Assembly: GCA_036867785.1 (NCBI GenBank)
Contig: CP145424.1
Span: 806,001 to 870,000, forward strand
Length of the DNA stretch: 64,000 nucleotides
Reading direction: 5' to 3'
Source of the DNA: Plasmodiophora brassicae
Lineage: Eukaryota
In this document: piece after piece, positions 1 to 12,986 of the stretch
How the letters are laid out: every line of letters starts with the position of its first letter
How positions within the stretch are numbered: position 1 is the first letter of the stretch
The notes under the pieces: generated by a model
Database searches by the model: none
What the model was told of the DNA's origin: nothing
What the model saw: only the letters and a program-made list of their open reading frames with translations
Position numbers and translations under genes: made by a program

Positions 1-292
1 TCCATTGCTTGTCAGTCGGCAGCGTGCGAACGCATTTCCAAAACATTCCCCCTCTTTACAAAGAGTGGAACCGCATGCACAACGAAACCGTCCAGCAGCT
101 TACCCTTGTGATCGGGCGATATCATGCGGATTCGCATGCATAAGGCTCCATCTGTTTTGAAAATGCACTCGCACGCTGCCGACTGACAAGCAATGGACAA
201 GATGAAGTAGCCAGCCGCGACATTTGGGGGCTCTCCTGCCCAAGGTATCGCCAATATGACGCTGCGTCCAAAGAACACAGTTTTTCGGTAAT

Positions 293-338
293 CCCAAGCA
301 CATCGATTTTAAGCTCCCAAGCACATCGATTTTAAGCT
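293..338. repeat. 23-bp perfect tandem duplication that frameshifts the transposase remnant
   Basis: CCCAAGCACATCGATTTTAAGCT x2. Confidence 0.95.
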
Positions 339-768
339 GTTCGCCGTCAGCATCGTAAGCAATGAATTTGCGGAAATAGAAGCAAGCGGAGTCAGCCAAG
401 ATCCGAGCGGACAAGAGGTTCCGATCCCTGTAACGAGATCCTGAACGCATTTTGCAACGCGAAATCAGATCCCGAGCCGTCATCGACGTCGACGGATAAA
501 ACAGGAATGCTATGATGAAGAGCGGTTGTTCTTCTCCATCCCAGCGTTTCTCAATTTCCGAAAGCATGCGCGAGCCGTGCTTCAGCGCTTTGAAGAGATA
601 ACCGAAGCACAGGAAGACATGCGCCAAGGTATTGTCATCCCTTTGCATTAGGAAAGACGCCGACGCAAGAGGACAGATAGACGTTCAGCTTCTTCGAGCA
701 ACAGCCAAAATGTGCGCTAACCCCAACACTGAAACGCATCGGGAATCATCATCACCACCATATTGCAC

Positions 769-862
769 ATGGAATTCTTTGAGCGCGTTCACCATACGAA
801 GTTGGGACGCACGTGCACATGCGTCCCAACTTCGTATGGTGAATGCGCTCAAAGAATTCCAT
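769..862. repeat. 94-bp near-perfect palindrome
   Basis: ATGGAATTCTTTGAGCGC...GGGACGCA, centre GTGCAC, then TGCGTCCC...GCGCTCAAAGAATTCCAT; 2 mismatched pairs. Confidence 0.95.
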
Positions 863-1270
863 TGTTCCACCTGGTCGCAACGACGGTCATTATGGCCAGA
901 GATGAACCATAAAGTTGTACCAGTGCAGAAACTCGGGGTCCTCATAGGAGTTGCTCAACGATGCTGCAGCAGCAGTTGCAAGCCTAGCAACATCGGAAAA
1001 GAGGGGGTGCCCTAACAGCGACCTCCAGTCTAGCAATATGCAGTCTGTTAATTTATCATTCTAGCCTCGACCACAGCTCACGGAGTCCGGAAGTCCGGGC
1101 CAGGCCTGCTCTATTGCATGCATGTGCCCTAATATTGAATCATAATGGGAAGGCTAGCGACAGTGGCCGACCCGCGAGTCACGACCACGTGACGCAACTG
1201 AAGCGCACAGTGGCGACCGCGCCACTCTGAGGGCGACGTCATTGGGACATCGGCTCTCCCCACGTTATAC

Positions 1271-1604
1271 ACACTGGGGACAACACTTTCCTAAAGGCTT
1301 CGAACTGCTTGCACATTATACGAATCAGATTAAGAGTCCCAGTCTCTACGACTGCTACGCTTAATGGCGACGATCCCAACCATCTCGGCGATCACGGCCT
1401 GATCCGCTTGGGCCGGGTCTGCTGGCCAGGATGGTTGGGATCGTCGCCATTACGCGTAGCAGTCGTAGAGACTGGGACTCTTAATCTGATTCGTATAATG
1501 TGCAAGCAGTTCGAAGTCTTTAGGAAAGTGTTGTCCCCAGTGTATCTAGCGTGGGGACAACACTTTCCTAAACGCTTCGAACTGCTTGCACATTATACGA
1601 ATCA
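1271..1604. repeat. Fold-back: ~114-bp inverted arms (1271-1384 / 1430-1543) plus a third partial direct copy (1552-1604)
   Basis: ACACTGGGGACAACACTTTCC...CCCAACCATC is matched by its reverse complement. TGGGGACAACACTTTCCTAAA...ATACGAATCA recurs at 1552. Confidence 0.95.
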
Positions 1605-2886
1605 AATATGCCACAGGTGTGCAGCTGCCGATCAAGTGTTATGACAAACAGAAATACCATGGCATGAAATCAATACCGTTACACGACACGTGCGAGAAAC
1701 CGACTTGGCAGAATCGACCATGAGGCTTAAGCGCCGCCGTTCCTCGCAGGCACGAGCAATTGATAATTGCGCTTGGGCTTCGGCCATTTATGAGCCTTGC
1801 GGCAAGATAGCATTGCGGATAGTGTCGCGGGAAGGGAGAATAACATTGGATCTCAGGTACGAAAGGAGCTCTTTGACCTCTGAGACTTCGAAAAACGCGA
1901 AAGGAAGGCAGGCAACGATTACGTTAGTGATGAGGAGATACAGTTTGTTGAGGGCCTCTCCAGCCAAAGGAGGCGGGAGATACTGTACAATTGACGATCG
2001 GTGGGCGTCCTTCCGCTTCTTAATAGACAATGGCGCATGACGACCGACCGCTTTCGATTGATGCACCCTGCAGTTTAGACATGATCAGTACTTGAGAATA
2101 CGGACGCTCATGAGCCACCGCCCTACCGGTTGGCCATGGTACTTAGTCAGGATCACAGTCACTGTGCGTCTCAGCCACTCGGTCGAGGTCGAGCTCCCAC
2201 GCCACGCACAACAAGGACACCGGGCGGACAGTGAGAGTTGAGACTGGAGACTTGACTCCGGGCCTCGGCGGACATTGCGAGCTGCAGTTCAGTTGCCGGC
2301 TGCCGCACCACTTTTGCTGTCACGACTGTGAGCGAGGACTGTGGCACAGCCCCTTTAGGGAGTTTTAACTAGGCCCCTGAATGCGACCCCGAACCTTTCG
2401 TGCATGGATACAGTTGCCTTTCCCATAACATTCCTTGCAGTATTGGCGACGTATGCGGCGGAAAGGTCGGGTACGCAACAAACAGCCTGTTTCTGGCGCC
2501 GCTCCCGCTCTGCCGAGAACTTGATAGAACGCTTCGGACCCGAGGCCGAGCAGTAAATAGGTTAACAGCGCTGCTGCCCTGTTGTGTTGGCTGGACCTGT
2601 GTCCTGTGCACGGGCAATGTGTGTTAGCGAACCTAGCCATCGGAGATGCGAATCGATGCCGGTCCCCTGTTGTGGACGTTCCGAGGCGCCTGCGTGAAAA
2701 GCGCGAAACCCAAATAGACTAAACTGCTGTGGACGTAACTCGAACGGTTCGGCGCGCCTGTCTGCGCCTAATTTGGTTCATCGTGGACCTTTCTCTCGAT
2801 GTTCCGTGGCGACTTGTATGGTCAGGGTGGTTGTTGCTGGGAGATAGGGTTGACCAAGGAGCGCCGTGCATGGGTTGGCGCCTGGC

Positions 2887-4258
2887 ATGGACGGCGGGCT
2901 GGAAAGGCCGTTCCACTGGGAGTTATTTTCGGATGCAGTACGTCACGCAGGAGCGGTGTCCGTGGAGTGCCCGTCGTTGGGAGCGCAATTACTCCGACCA
3001 CGGTTTGCAAACAACACCGATCCGCTCATGGTCGAACCACAGATCATCATGATGCCGACGACGATGGAGGCGGCGACCGTCACCGTCGACGACGGAAGAT
3101 CGCTGGACGCCGCTGTCTACGAATATCTGGTCGCCTGCGAACTACCGGACCTGGCGGCGACCTTCTGGCAGACGCCTCGGCCGGCAACTGCGCTGACCCA
3201 GACAGCGCTTGCGCGCGCCTGGAACGAGGCATGCTCATGCAACGCGAAACGCGCCCCGGACGCCGGCCTGTCGCTGTCCGCCGTTCGTTCTGCCGTGTCC
3301 CCTGGCGAGGTCCGCATCGTCGCACCGAATATTCAACGGTCCCGCCCGCAACCGGAACGGAAGCGCCACTATTGCACGGAGCCGGGCTGCACGGCGTCGT
3401 TCACGAAGAAGGGCAACCTGAGACGGTACGGGCGGCCCTTTTCGACTCGTTGTGTCCCCTGGTCTGAATGCGCTCCGTCATTAGCCATATCGACCTTCAT
3501 CTGGGCAATAAGCCATTCATATGCGTGGAGACTCTGGACGACGGGATGCCCTGCGGTCGTCGGTTCTCTCGACGGGCCGACCTTGACAGTCACCTTCGTT
3601 CGCACAGGTCCGCCGACACATGCGCCTTTGTTTGTTGCCCCCTGCCTAACGGTATTGCATTTCAGCGGCGAACGACCATACCAGTGTTCGATCTGCAACA
3701 AGCTCTTCACGCGCAACTCTGTACGATGGTTATCCGTTGACGCGCGCATGTGCCTCATTTGCGTTTGACCTACAGGACTGGCGAATCCACGTGAAGACAA
3801 CGCATGGCATCGCTCCATACAACTGTTTCGTCGAAACCTGCCAATATCGTTGCCATACGCAGAAAGAGCTTCGGTTGCACCTCGTCGAGTCGCACCCGAA
3901 CGTCAGGATGTCGAACGGGAGCTTCGAAATCGTCGTCGACTGCCCGACGAATGACGTCAACGGCGAACCGCTCATCATCAACCGGGAGGGATGCATCGAT
4001 CCCAGTGTCGGGCATCCGTCTAAGCAGCCCATCAACGCGCCGAACGTTCTGTACAACGGGTGCATGGGCCATCTCGAATCCGCCCTTCAAGTTCGCCACG
4101 ACGATCACATTGACTTCTTGATCGACGGTGTGTGCCCCGATTCGAATGCCTGGTTGGTGACCTGCGCTGACGAGTGCGACAGGCGAACTGCACCATTTGA
4201 ACATGGACGGGCAATGCGAAAACCATGGCGTCTACACGGGCATGATGCACCCGGATGA
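2887..4258 (+). CDS. C2H2 zinc-finger transcription factor (4 fingers, 3 introns)
   Basis: Fingers: YCTEPGCTASFTKKGNLRR|HIDLH, CVETLDDGMPCGRRFSRRADLDSHLRSH, SGERPYQCSICNKLF, CFVETCQYRCHTQKELRLHLVESH. GT-AG introns join the frames. Start codon uncertain. Confidence 0.85.
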
Positions 4259-4468
4259 GCCCATGCGTGGCGAAATGCCCATAGCGCAGGAGCTCGACGC
4301 ACCGGGGGCCTGACACCACTAGTTCTATGATATTCTAGACCCACATCGCATTGTTCACTTCCACGCACGTTCGACGCGTACCTGGAACACACCGGCGCAC
4401 GGTAACGCCGCCGGATGTCCGTCTTGTATCGGTTACGGCCGGCGGTGGTGGGGAACTCCCCCTCCCCA

Positions 4469-4555
4469 GTCTCCCCCCAAAAAAGGCGCTTGATGAGAGC
4501 GCGCGCGCGCCGGTCTCCCCAAAAAAGGCGCTGGATGAGAGCGCGCGCGCCGGTC
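4469..4555. repeat. ~43-bp intergenic tandem duplication
   Basis: GTCTCCCC(CC)AAAAAAGGCGCT(T/G)GATGAGAGCGCGCGCG(CG)CCG x2. Confidence 0.9.
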
Positions 4556-4812
4556 GGGTGCGAGTTTCAGAGGAGTGTCCCGGGTGCGGTGAGCCGGGCC
4601 GGACAGTTCGTCAGTGGGTCCCCCAGACCGGTAGTCAAGGTTGATGCACTTAGAGTCGGGTGCATCGAGCGCTCCAATCGCGGCACCCGCGATAATGCTG
4701 CCGGACGGTGGCAGCGCTAGTGGTACCCAGCACGGGCGGCGGCGGCGGCGCGTGTCATCGCCGATCCGTCGACGGTCGGCGGCGCGCGGACATTCCCTGC
4801 CCGACCGGGACG

Positions 4813-6488
4813 ATGGCCAGTCCGCTACGTATAACCGTGTCCATTACCACCAGGCGGTCGCCCGTTAATTCATTCCGGGCACGTGGACAGAGGCAGCAAA
4901 GCGCGTCGGGCACGACGGAGGCGGAAGTCGGCCCCGTACAAGGCCCTGGCGACGATCCGGTCGCGGGAGTTCGGCATGGGCCCGCATGGCGCCTACCACG
5001 GCGCCTGGAAGACGATGCCGGCCGCGCCAGCACGGTCGCTGTGCGTCGAACGCTGCCCGACGCCGCTCCACATGGACCAGACCACGTCGTGCGGGTGCGA
5101 CCCTGGCCCGGGACGGCCGCTGGTGGACGCGGCGGCCGCAACGTCGCTGTCGCAGTCCAGCGCCGCCCTCGAGCTCGTCTTCATGCAGTTCGCTGCCGGC
5201 ACGCGCTGCTCGTCACCGCAGGGCGACGACCTGGACGCCGACGATGCCATCTAAACGTGCGCGTCCGACTGTGTTGCCCGCCGCTGATGGTGGCGGTTCG
5301 ATGATGGACGGGTCTGTCAGTGGAGCGTGGCGACGGCGGCGTCCCGCCCGCGGAGTTGACGGTCGTCGTCGCCCCCGATGGACTGGGGCTGGACGCCCAC
5401 CGCCGACCTGCCGTACGCGGTGCACCTGGCCGGCGCCGTCAACGACCTGTACGCGCGCCTGACCGTCCACGCGCCGCCGCGCGATGCGACCGGCGTCGCC
5501 AGGCGCCTCTGGGAGTACCGGCGACGCGCGCCCGCGGCACGACGCGGCGTCGCGGCCGGCCCGTTCCTCTCGCGTAATCTGCGACGCGCCCAGAGGACAA
5601 GGCGGAAGACGGAGGCCGGGAAGCGGAACGCGCGCCTGGACGCCAGCCGGTTCCGCAAGCAGGCGACGTCGACGAAGCGCCCTGCCGAGGAGGCGACGCA
5701 GGCCCCGTTCATGTCGTCGTGGTTCGCCGCCAAGAAGCCGAGCAGCGCGCGCGCGCCGGGACCTACGTCGCGGCCGTCCGTTCCATCGCAGACGCCCAGG
5801 GCTGTTCGACTACGCCCGCCACCCCGAATATGATGAGCCGCGTTCGTGAATCGGTCATTGTCGTGTTGACGTGTGGCCGCCGGGAGTGTATCGTTGGCGG
5901 CGGACGGGACCGCTGGGGCGGAGGAACGTGGGACGACAAGGAGGAGAACCACCGGGCGGGTCCCGCTGTCATTCCTCGTCCGGGGCTGGTTGCGGGTCGT
6001 CGTCGTCGATGTCGAAGCGCGAGCTGGATCAGCTGATGCGGGACCAGGAGGTCTGGCTGGGCGGCGGGCGACCGTCGCGTACGACGTCGACGGCCACGGG
6101 CGGCCCGGCGTCGACGGCTGCCACACGTGGGAGTACTGTACCGTCGGCTGGCAGCGGCGGTTCCACGTCGGCCAGCACGACGTTGACGGCGTCGTACTCG
6201 ACGGTGGAGGCGCCCGAGTACGGCAGCGCCGGTAGCAGCGGCGGCCGCAAGGGCGGGGACACGAGCAGCAGCAACAACAGCCGTTCGGGGTCGACCTCGA
6301 TCTCGCGTTCGTCCACCGGTGTCGTTCGTGGACGAGGGCGCGGCCGGTCCGGCGGTACCAAAGGGGCGGGACGTCGTGGAGGAGCCGCCGCTGCTGGTTC
6401 GCCCGACACGGTTCGCGGTGGTCGTCGTCGATCCCGTCGCGGAGGTGGTGGTCATGGCGGGTCGACCCCTGGCACAGCGTCGGTCTGA
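4813..6488 (+). CDS. Probable low-complexity hypothetical coding region (one or more genes; structure unresolved)
   Basis: Successive + strand ORFs with coding-like GC3 bias (4883-5254, 5378-5833, 5871-6488); no recognisable domain. Confidence 0.3.
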
Positions 6489-6604
6489 GTGCGCGCGCGC
6501 CGAGCACGATCGATCTGCTTCATGTTCAATACAAAGTGTGCACCCCGGTCGCCGAGTATGGCACGCGCCACCACCACCACCACAGGTCGTCGTCGTCGTC
6601 GACG

Positions 6605-7778
6605 ATGGACGCAGACCACGATGCGTCTGATGCGCCGGTTGTGGTGCACCGCGTTGCCATCGACGACGTGCTGAAGGTCGGTGTGTGTGCGCGTCGCCAT
6701 CGGCAACCGACTGGTGGTGATCGACGCGCTGCTGGCAGTTCTGCTTCCCGGCGAACATTCTGCATCCCCGGTCGACGACGCGCCTGTACGCCCTGGCCGA
6801 GTACGGGCCCCTGTACCGGGAGCATTCGTTCGCGACCTGCGTCTGCCTGGACTGCCAGCATCGGGCGCGCCAGCATCGCGCGTCGATGAAGGTCCTCCTG
6901 CGCGCGGCGCGCCTGCGTCAGGTCGAGCAGCGCGCCCTCTGATCCGACGTGCAGAGCGCGGACGCGGCCCTGCTCACGTCCATCATGTTCGACAGGAGAG
7001 CGCTGGCCGAGGGCGACCTGGAACGCCTGCCGTTCCTGTGCGCGACCTGTACGACCCACATCCGCAGCATTGTGCACCTGAAATCGGGCCACAAGGGCGC
7101 CCATGTCGTGTCCGACAGTGTAGGCGGCCCCATGCGCGCCCACCATCGCCTTGCTGACGGTGGCGCCCTCCCCCCCCCCTGCAGGAGCTCGAGCGGATGT
7201 GTGCGCTGGAGGAGCGCCGCGACCTGGTCTCCGTGTTCATGCCGCCCGAGTACCTGTCGGCGCTGGAGCGGGACGCGTTCCTGCGCACGCTGGACCGGCG
7301 CATGCAGGCCGTGCCGAACCTGCGCCGGGACGACGTCCTCGCCATGCTGGCCCCCCTGGCCGACCCGGACCGATCCATCGAGTTCCACGCGTTGTCCCGG
7401 GCGGTTCGCGCGCACCGGGTACGTTTGTACCGCCGGGGGGTAACGAACGTTCGCTGACCGCCGCCGGCGCCGTCGCAGGCCGCCATCGTGCGACAGTTCG
7501 CCAACCCGAACTATATCGTCAGGCAGGCGGCCAAGGAGCACCGCATCCGGCTGGCGAGACGGTGCCCGGTGATGACGGTGGCGGACCGGACCTTGCCGGA
7601 CGACCTGCCGCCGTACGAGCGCCTGGCGAAGCTCCTGCACCGCCATGCGTTCCAGATCACGCCGTCCAGGGCGGCGTCGTCCAGCGCCAACGTCAACGTC
7701 CGCATCCTGCTGGACCGGCCCAGCGATTCGACCACCGGCTGGGATGGCAACTTTGGCCTCGCCGTGCGACACGACTGA
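6605..7778 (+). CDS. Hypothetical multi-exon protein
   Basis: Exons MDADHDASD..., FCFPANILH...CVCLDCQH, SADAALLTSIMF...CATC, ELERMCALEE..., AAIVRQFANP...AVRHD* can be joined by 4 short GT-AG introns. Confidence 0.6.
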
Positions 7779-7923
7779 TAAACGCATCATCGCCACACGA
7801 ATAGGTAGCGGATCACGCGCCCGGGTGAACGAGGGTGGGTGCCCGCTCCCAGTGTGACGTGCGACGACGCCTGCTGCTGGTGCCGGCCAGCCAGTTCTAG
7901 CGCCGCCTGGGCGATATCCTGCC

Positions 7924-10900
7924 ATGGACGATGGCGACGCTGCCCCGGGCGACCTGGCGCCGCCGAACGCCGAACCGAACGTGCTGTCGCCGCCGCCGTC
8001 GCCGGCGATCGGGCAGGCGTCGGCACTGTCCGTCCCCGACCTGCCGTCGTCGCTGGAGTTCCGACGCGAGGCCAAGCGGCAGCCGACGCGGGCCATCTCG
8101 GTCAACGACCGCCTGCAGAACCAGCAGCGCGAGTACCCGAGCAACGTGATCCGCACGTCCAAGTACACGCCGCTGACGTTCCTGCCGATCAACCTGTTCG
8201 AGCAGTTCCGGCGCATCTCGAACTTCTACTTCCTGATCATCATCTGCATCTCGATCCCGCCCCAGTTCGCCCCGTACCCGTGGTACACGACCGCCCTGCC
8301 CCTGATCTTCATCCTGACCATCTCGGCCGCCAAGGACGGCTACGAGGACTTCCTCAGGCACCGCGACGACAGCGCCGCCAACAGCCGCGTGTTCCAGCAG
8401 GTGCAGTCGGCCAAGGGCGCCCTGGTCCCGATCCGGTCCGGCGACATCACCGTCGGCGACGTCATCAAGATCGACGAGGGCCAGGAGTTCCCCGCCGACC
8501 TGATCGTCCTGGTCACCTCCAAGCACGACAACACGTGCTACATCAACACGGCCAACCTGGACGGCGAGGTCACGCCCAAGCTCCGCGTCGGCGTCCCGCT
8601 GGCCGACCCGGCGTCGCCGCCGAACCAGGAGTTCGACCTGGCCGTTCTCGCAGGTGGGTGCCGCCCTGGGCGCGCCCATGGCCCCGTTGCCGACCGTTCG
8701 TTCTGTGCCACAGGTGCCAAGGTCGAATCCGGGGAGCCCTGCAAGCAGCTGGACGGCTTCGAGGGCACGCTGACGATGGCGGATGGGGCGCAGCGCCCGC
8801 TGGGCGACCGGCAGGTGCTGCTACGCGGCGCCAAGCTGCGGGGGACGGCGCACGTCTACGCGGTCGTGTTCGCCACCGGCCCCGAGACGAAGCTGATGCT
8901 GAACCGGAACCCGATCCGGTACAAGTTCTCGTCGTTCGAGAAGGTCCTGAACAAGTGCGTGTTCGCGTCGCTGATCATCGAGGTCGTCATCTGCACGTTC
9001 ATGAGCATCATGTGGGACACGACGTCGACCATGCCGGGCGTACGTGGGGCGCGTGCGCGTCCGGTCGCTGACGGCAACCGACCTTTGTGCACAGGTCAAC
9101 GTGCTCAGCACGCCCGACATGCGCGCGTACGACGTGTACGGCGTCCAGGACCAGGTGACGTCGGGCGGCGGCCTGTTCATCACGTCGTTCATCCTGTATT
9201 CGTTCCTGATCCCCGTGTCGCTGTTCGTGACGATCGACTTTGTCAAGATCGGCCAGGCCATGGTCATCGAGATGGACACGGCCATGTCGGTGCCGGGCAG
9301 CGCCTCGGACGTCGCCGAGGGCATCCACCGCGTGTACGCCTCGGTGAAGTCGTCCAACCTGAACGACGAGCTCGGCATGATCGAGTACCTGTTCACCGAC
9401 AAGACGGGGACGCTGACCTGCAACCGCATGGAGCTGTCCAACATCTCGACGGACGGGTTCGTCAGCCCGAACCGGCGCCTGTCGGGCGTCCAGCAGCAGC
9501 AGCAGCAGCAGCAGGCGGCGCCCGGGGCGTCGCCGTCCGTCGAGGTGCCCGTCGGCACCGGGTCCGCACCGGTCGTCCCGGCCAACGAGGACAGCGGGCG
9601 CGCCCTGAACTGCCTCGTCGAGTGGGCGTTCCAGAACTTCCGCAACCGGTTCTCGTCCGACGACCTGACGTCGATCCAGCAGAACCGGCAGCCGCACCAG
9701 GTGCAGCAGCACCTGCACCTGACGACCAGCCAGGCCGTGTTCGACGCGCTGTCCACGTCCAAGTCGGTGCGCATCGCCCAGGACATGCTGTTCTGCATGC
9801 TCGTCTGCAACGACATCCTGCCGGAGCGCCAGGGCGGCGCGCCCGACGCCCCGATCGCGTACTCGTCGACCAGCCCGGACGAGATCGCCCTGGTCGAGGC
9901 CCTGCGCCGCAACGGCATGACGCTGGTGTCGGCCGGCCCGTCCCAGCCCTGGGTGATCCAGATCGACTGCGCCCCCGGGTTCACCTTCACGTTCAGGCGC
10001 ATCGCCCAGCTGGACTTCTCGTCCGACCGCCGCCGCATGACCGTCGTCGTCCAGGTGCCCGACGGCACCACGATGCTGTTCACGAAGGGCGCCAGCAGCA
10101 CGATCGCGCCGATGCTGTCGTCGGACGCGGCGAACGCGGCACTGCTGGCCGAGACGGAGAAGCACCTGACGCAGTTCGCCAAGCACGGCTCGCGAACGCT
10201 GATGATGGCCTGCAGGCACCTGGACGCCGCCCAGCTGCTGGCGTTCCAGGCGACGTACGACCAGGCCCGCGTGCAGCTGCAGGAGCGCGAGAGGGCGATC
10301 GAGCGCGCGTTCCGCCTCGTCGAGCGGGACCTGACGCTGCTGGGGGCCACGTCCGTCGAGGACCAGCTGCAGGAGATGGTCCCGGAGACCATCGAGCAGC
10401 TGCTGAACGCCGGCATCAAGATCATGATGCTGACGGGGGACATGCAGGAGACGGCGGTCACCATCGGGCGGTCGTCCCGCATCATCAGCCGCGACTCCCA
10501 GCTGCTCCTGATCCAGGCGGAGACGCCCAAATCCTGCGAGTTCCTCATGTCAGGCACACAGACACACGCTCGTGGCGTTTGGACGCACCGATGACGCTGA
10601 ACTTGGCAGGGACCGGTACATCAAGAAGACGAGCGAGATGGACGCCCGGGGCGGGCCGCTGCAGAAGCTGGCGCTGGTCCTCAACGGGAACAGCCTGGAG
10701 CTGGCCATCGAGCATCACCCGGCCAAGTTCCTGTCGCTGTTCGCCCGTTGCGAAACGATCATCTGCAACCGGGCGACGCCGTCGCAGAAGGCGGCCGTCG
10801 TCGAGCTGGTCACGACGCGGCACCCGGGTGTCGCCATGGTCGGGCGGCGGCTTCGATGACGGATCCGCCTGGGGGGCTAACGTGGACGCACAGGCGATCG

Positions 10901-12410
10901 GCGACGGGGCGAACGACGTCAGCATGATCCGGCGGGCGCACGTCGGCGTCGGCCTGATTGGGCGCGAAGGACGCCAGGCGGCCCAGAGCGCCGACTTTGT
11001 CCTGCACAAGTTCGCCCACCTGCGCCGCCTGCTCTTCGTGCATGGCCGCTTCTCGTTCCTGCGATCGACCAAGGTACACGAGCCGTCGCGCGCGTGTGTG
11101 TGTGTGTGTGCCCCCCGGTCGGCTGACGGTGCTCCCCACAGGTCGTCCTGTTCAGCTTCTACAAGAACTTCGCGTTCCCGTTGCCCATGTTCTGGTTCCA
11201 GTTCTTCTCGCAGTTCAGCGGGAACAGCATCTACGACGGCCTGATCATGTCGACGTTCAACATGTTCTTCTCGTCGTTGCCGCCGCTGATCGCCGGCGTC
11301 CTGGAGACGGACGCCACCGAGGTCTGCCTGCTGAAGCACCCGATCGCCTACAAGATCTTCCGAAGCCAGCCGACGTTCACGGTCACCATCTTCCTGTCCT
11401 GGCTCATGCTCGGCACCGTCCAGTCGTTGATCATTTACTTTGCGGCGCACCTGATCTGGGCACCGACCGATGGCGTCCTGGCCGACGGCACCGGCGTCGT
11501 CCTCGACCTGTGGACGTTCGGGACCTGGATGTCGACGGCGACGATCGTCACCGTGAACCTGACGTTCCTCATGGAAACGATCAACCTGACCGTCATGACC
11601 ATCCTGTTCTCGTTCGTCGGCATCGTCCTGTACCTGCTGGCGCTGTGGCCCTACACGGAGCTGTTCCCCAGCATCGCCAGGAACATGTACGGGCAGACGC
11701 CGTACATCTTCACGACGCCCATGTCCTGGGTCTACCAGCTGCTCGTCCTGCTGACGTGCATGATCCCCCTGATGGTCATCAATCAGTAGGTCCCCGCCGG
11801 GCGGCCGTATCGCCGTGCGCCGCCTCTGACGAACGGTCTGCACAGCCTGGTTCGCGTGTACTTCCCGACGTACAGCACCGTGCTGAGGGAGTTCTGCTCC
11901 GGCAAGGGTTCGTCGACGGCCCCGCTGGGGACGATCGGCTGCTGCCTGACGGACCATATCGTGAACGGCGAGCTGGACCTGAACCGGTCGCACCCGGGCC
12001 GACGGTTCCCAGCGGTGGCGCCGCAGCCGCCTCAGCAGCAGGCGCAGGACGGGCACAGGCGGAACATCAGCTCGCTGGACGTGCCGCATCGTCAGCAGCA
12101 GTCGATCGGCGCGAACAGGGACAGGGAGCCGAACGGCAAGGACGCGGCCCCCGCCCTGGACTCCATCGTGGAACTATGCAACACGAACGAAGATCAGAAG
12201 TTGAAGGCCGAGGCGCGCCCCGTCGAGATTCGGATCACCAAGACGGACGAACCTGCCATGAGCGCCGTGTTGCCGAACGACCAGGCCATACCTAGTACGA
12301 TGCAGGCAGCGGCACCGGCAGCAACAGCACCGTCGGAACCGCTGCCGGCTGCCGCTGCCGCCAGCGCATCACAAGACGCAACCGGCGACCATGCCGATGC
12401 GGTGGCCTGA
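7924..12410 (+). CDS. P4-type ATPase (phospholipid flippase)
   Basis: Motifs NVIRTSKY, LFEQF..SNFYF, FPADL, NLDGE, LLRGA, IPVSL, DKTGTLT, SPDEIAL, FSSDRRRM, LTGD, GDGANDVSMI, FYKN; about 6 introns. Confidence 0.97.
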
Positions 12411-12922
12411 AGCCAGGGACGCAATCGGCGATAAATTATTCGGCAACGTACAGATTGGTAATCCAGAGTGCGGGTCCGGTACCGGACGAACGGTTGCACA
12501 CGGATACACTTGCCCAATAGACGGCGGCGAAACCGATGCGCATCGCGCGATGTGCTGTGAGAGGGGTCAGGATTTAGTCCCAGCCAGCAGCATCACCTTG
12601 GTCGCCTGATGGTTGTGCATTTGCGTGCCCTTCGTCCCTCCAGTACTCTCTCGAATCGGTGACCTGGGCGGGTCTACCAACCATACGCGTCCGGAACTGG
12701 GCTGTTGCGAATAGTCAGCGTACGTTTCTCGTGTTATAACAGTTTACTGTGTGGCATCGTTTTCTGTCGCGCCCAAACAACCCAAGAAACCGGCATACTA
12801 CGTCAAACGTCGGACATCACGGCGAAGAGATTCCCCGATTCTCGTGCTGAATCTGCGGACCGAGGTCACAAAAACAGGCCGCGTTTTTTTAAGGCGCCGG
12901 GCGTGGGCCGCGCCAGCCGACT

Positions 12923-12942
12923 GGGGGGGGGGGGGGGGGGGG
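12923..12942. repeat. G20 homopolymer (G-quadruplex potential)
   Basis: 20 consecutive G, 44 nt upstream of the ATG at 12987. Confidence 0.9.
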
Positions 12943-12986
12943 CGGTGTCCACTGTGGCAAGTGACCGGGCACAGGGGGAGGCGTGA

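Larger units (their letters stand above)
12..2066 (-). mobile_element. Degenerate hAT-family DNA transposase (pseudogene; may extend off the window start)
   Basis: Minus-strand pieces in several frames follow hAT order: 'CLPFAFFE...LPSRDTIR' (1788-2066), 'VATRWN' (~865-883), 'MQRDDNTLAHV...EKRW...PLFIIAFLFYP' (100-648), and a dimerisation-like 'ILSIACQSAACECIF' (12-278). Frameshifts and internal rearrangements are present. Confidence 0.75.

Noticed and set aside
7924-11244. 1106-aa ORF taken as a single protein
   Set aside because: It leaves the true frame after the intron at ~9040; the real product is the spliced P4-ATPase
11786-11789. Apparent premature TAG in the flippase
   Set aside because: It lies within a GTAGGT splice donor; splicing restores ...INHLVRVYFP
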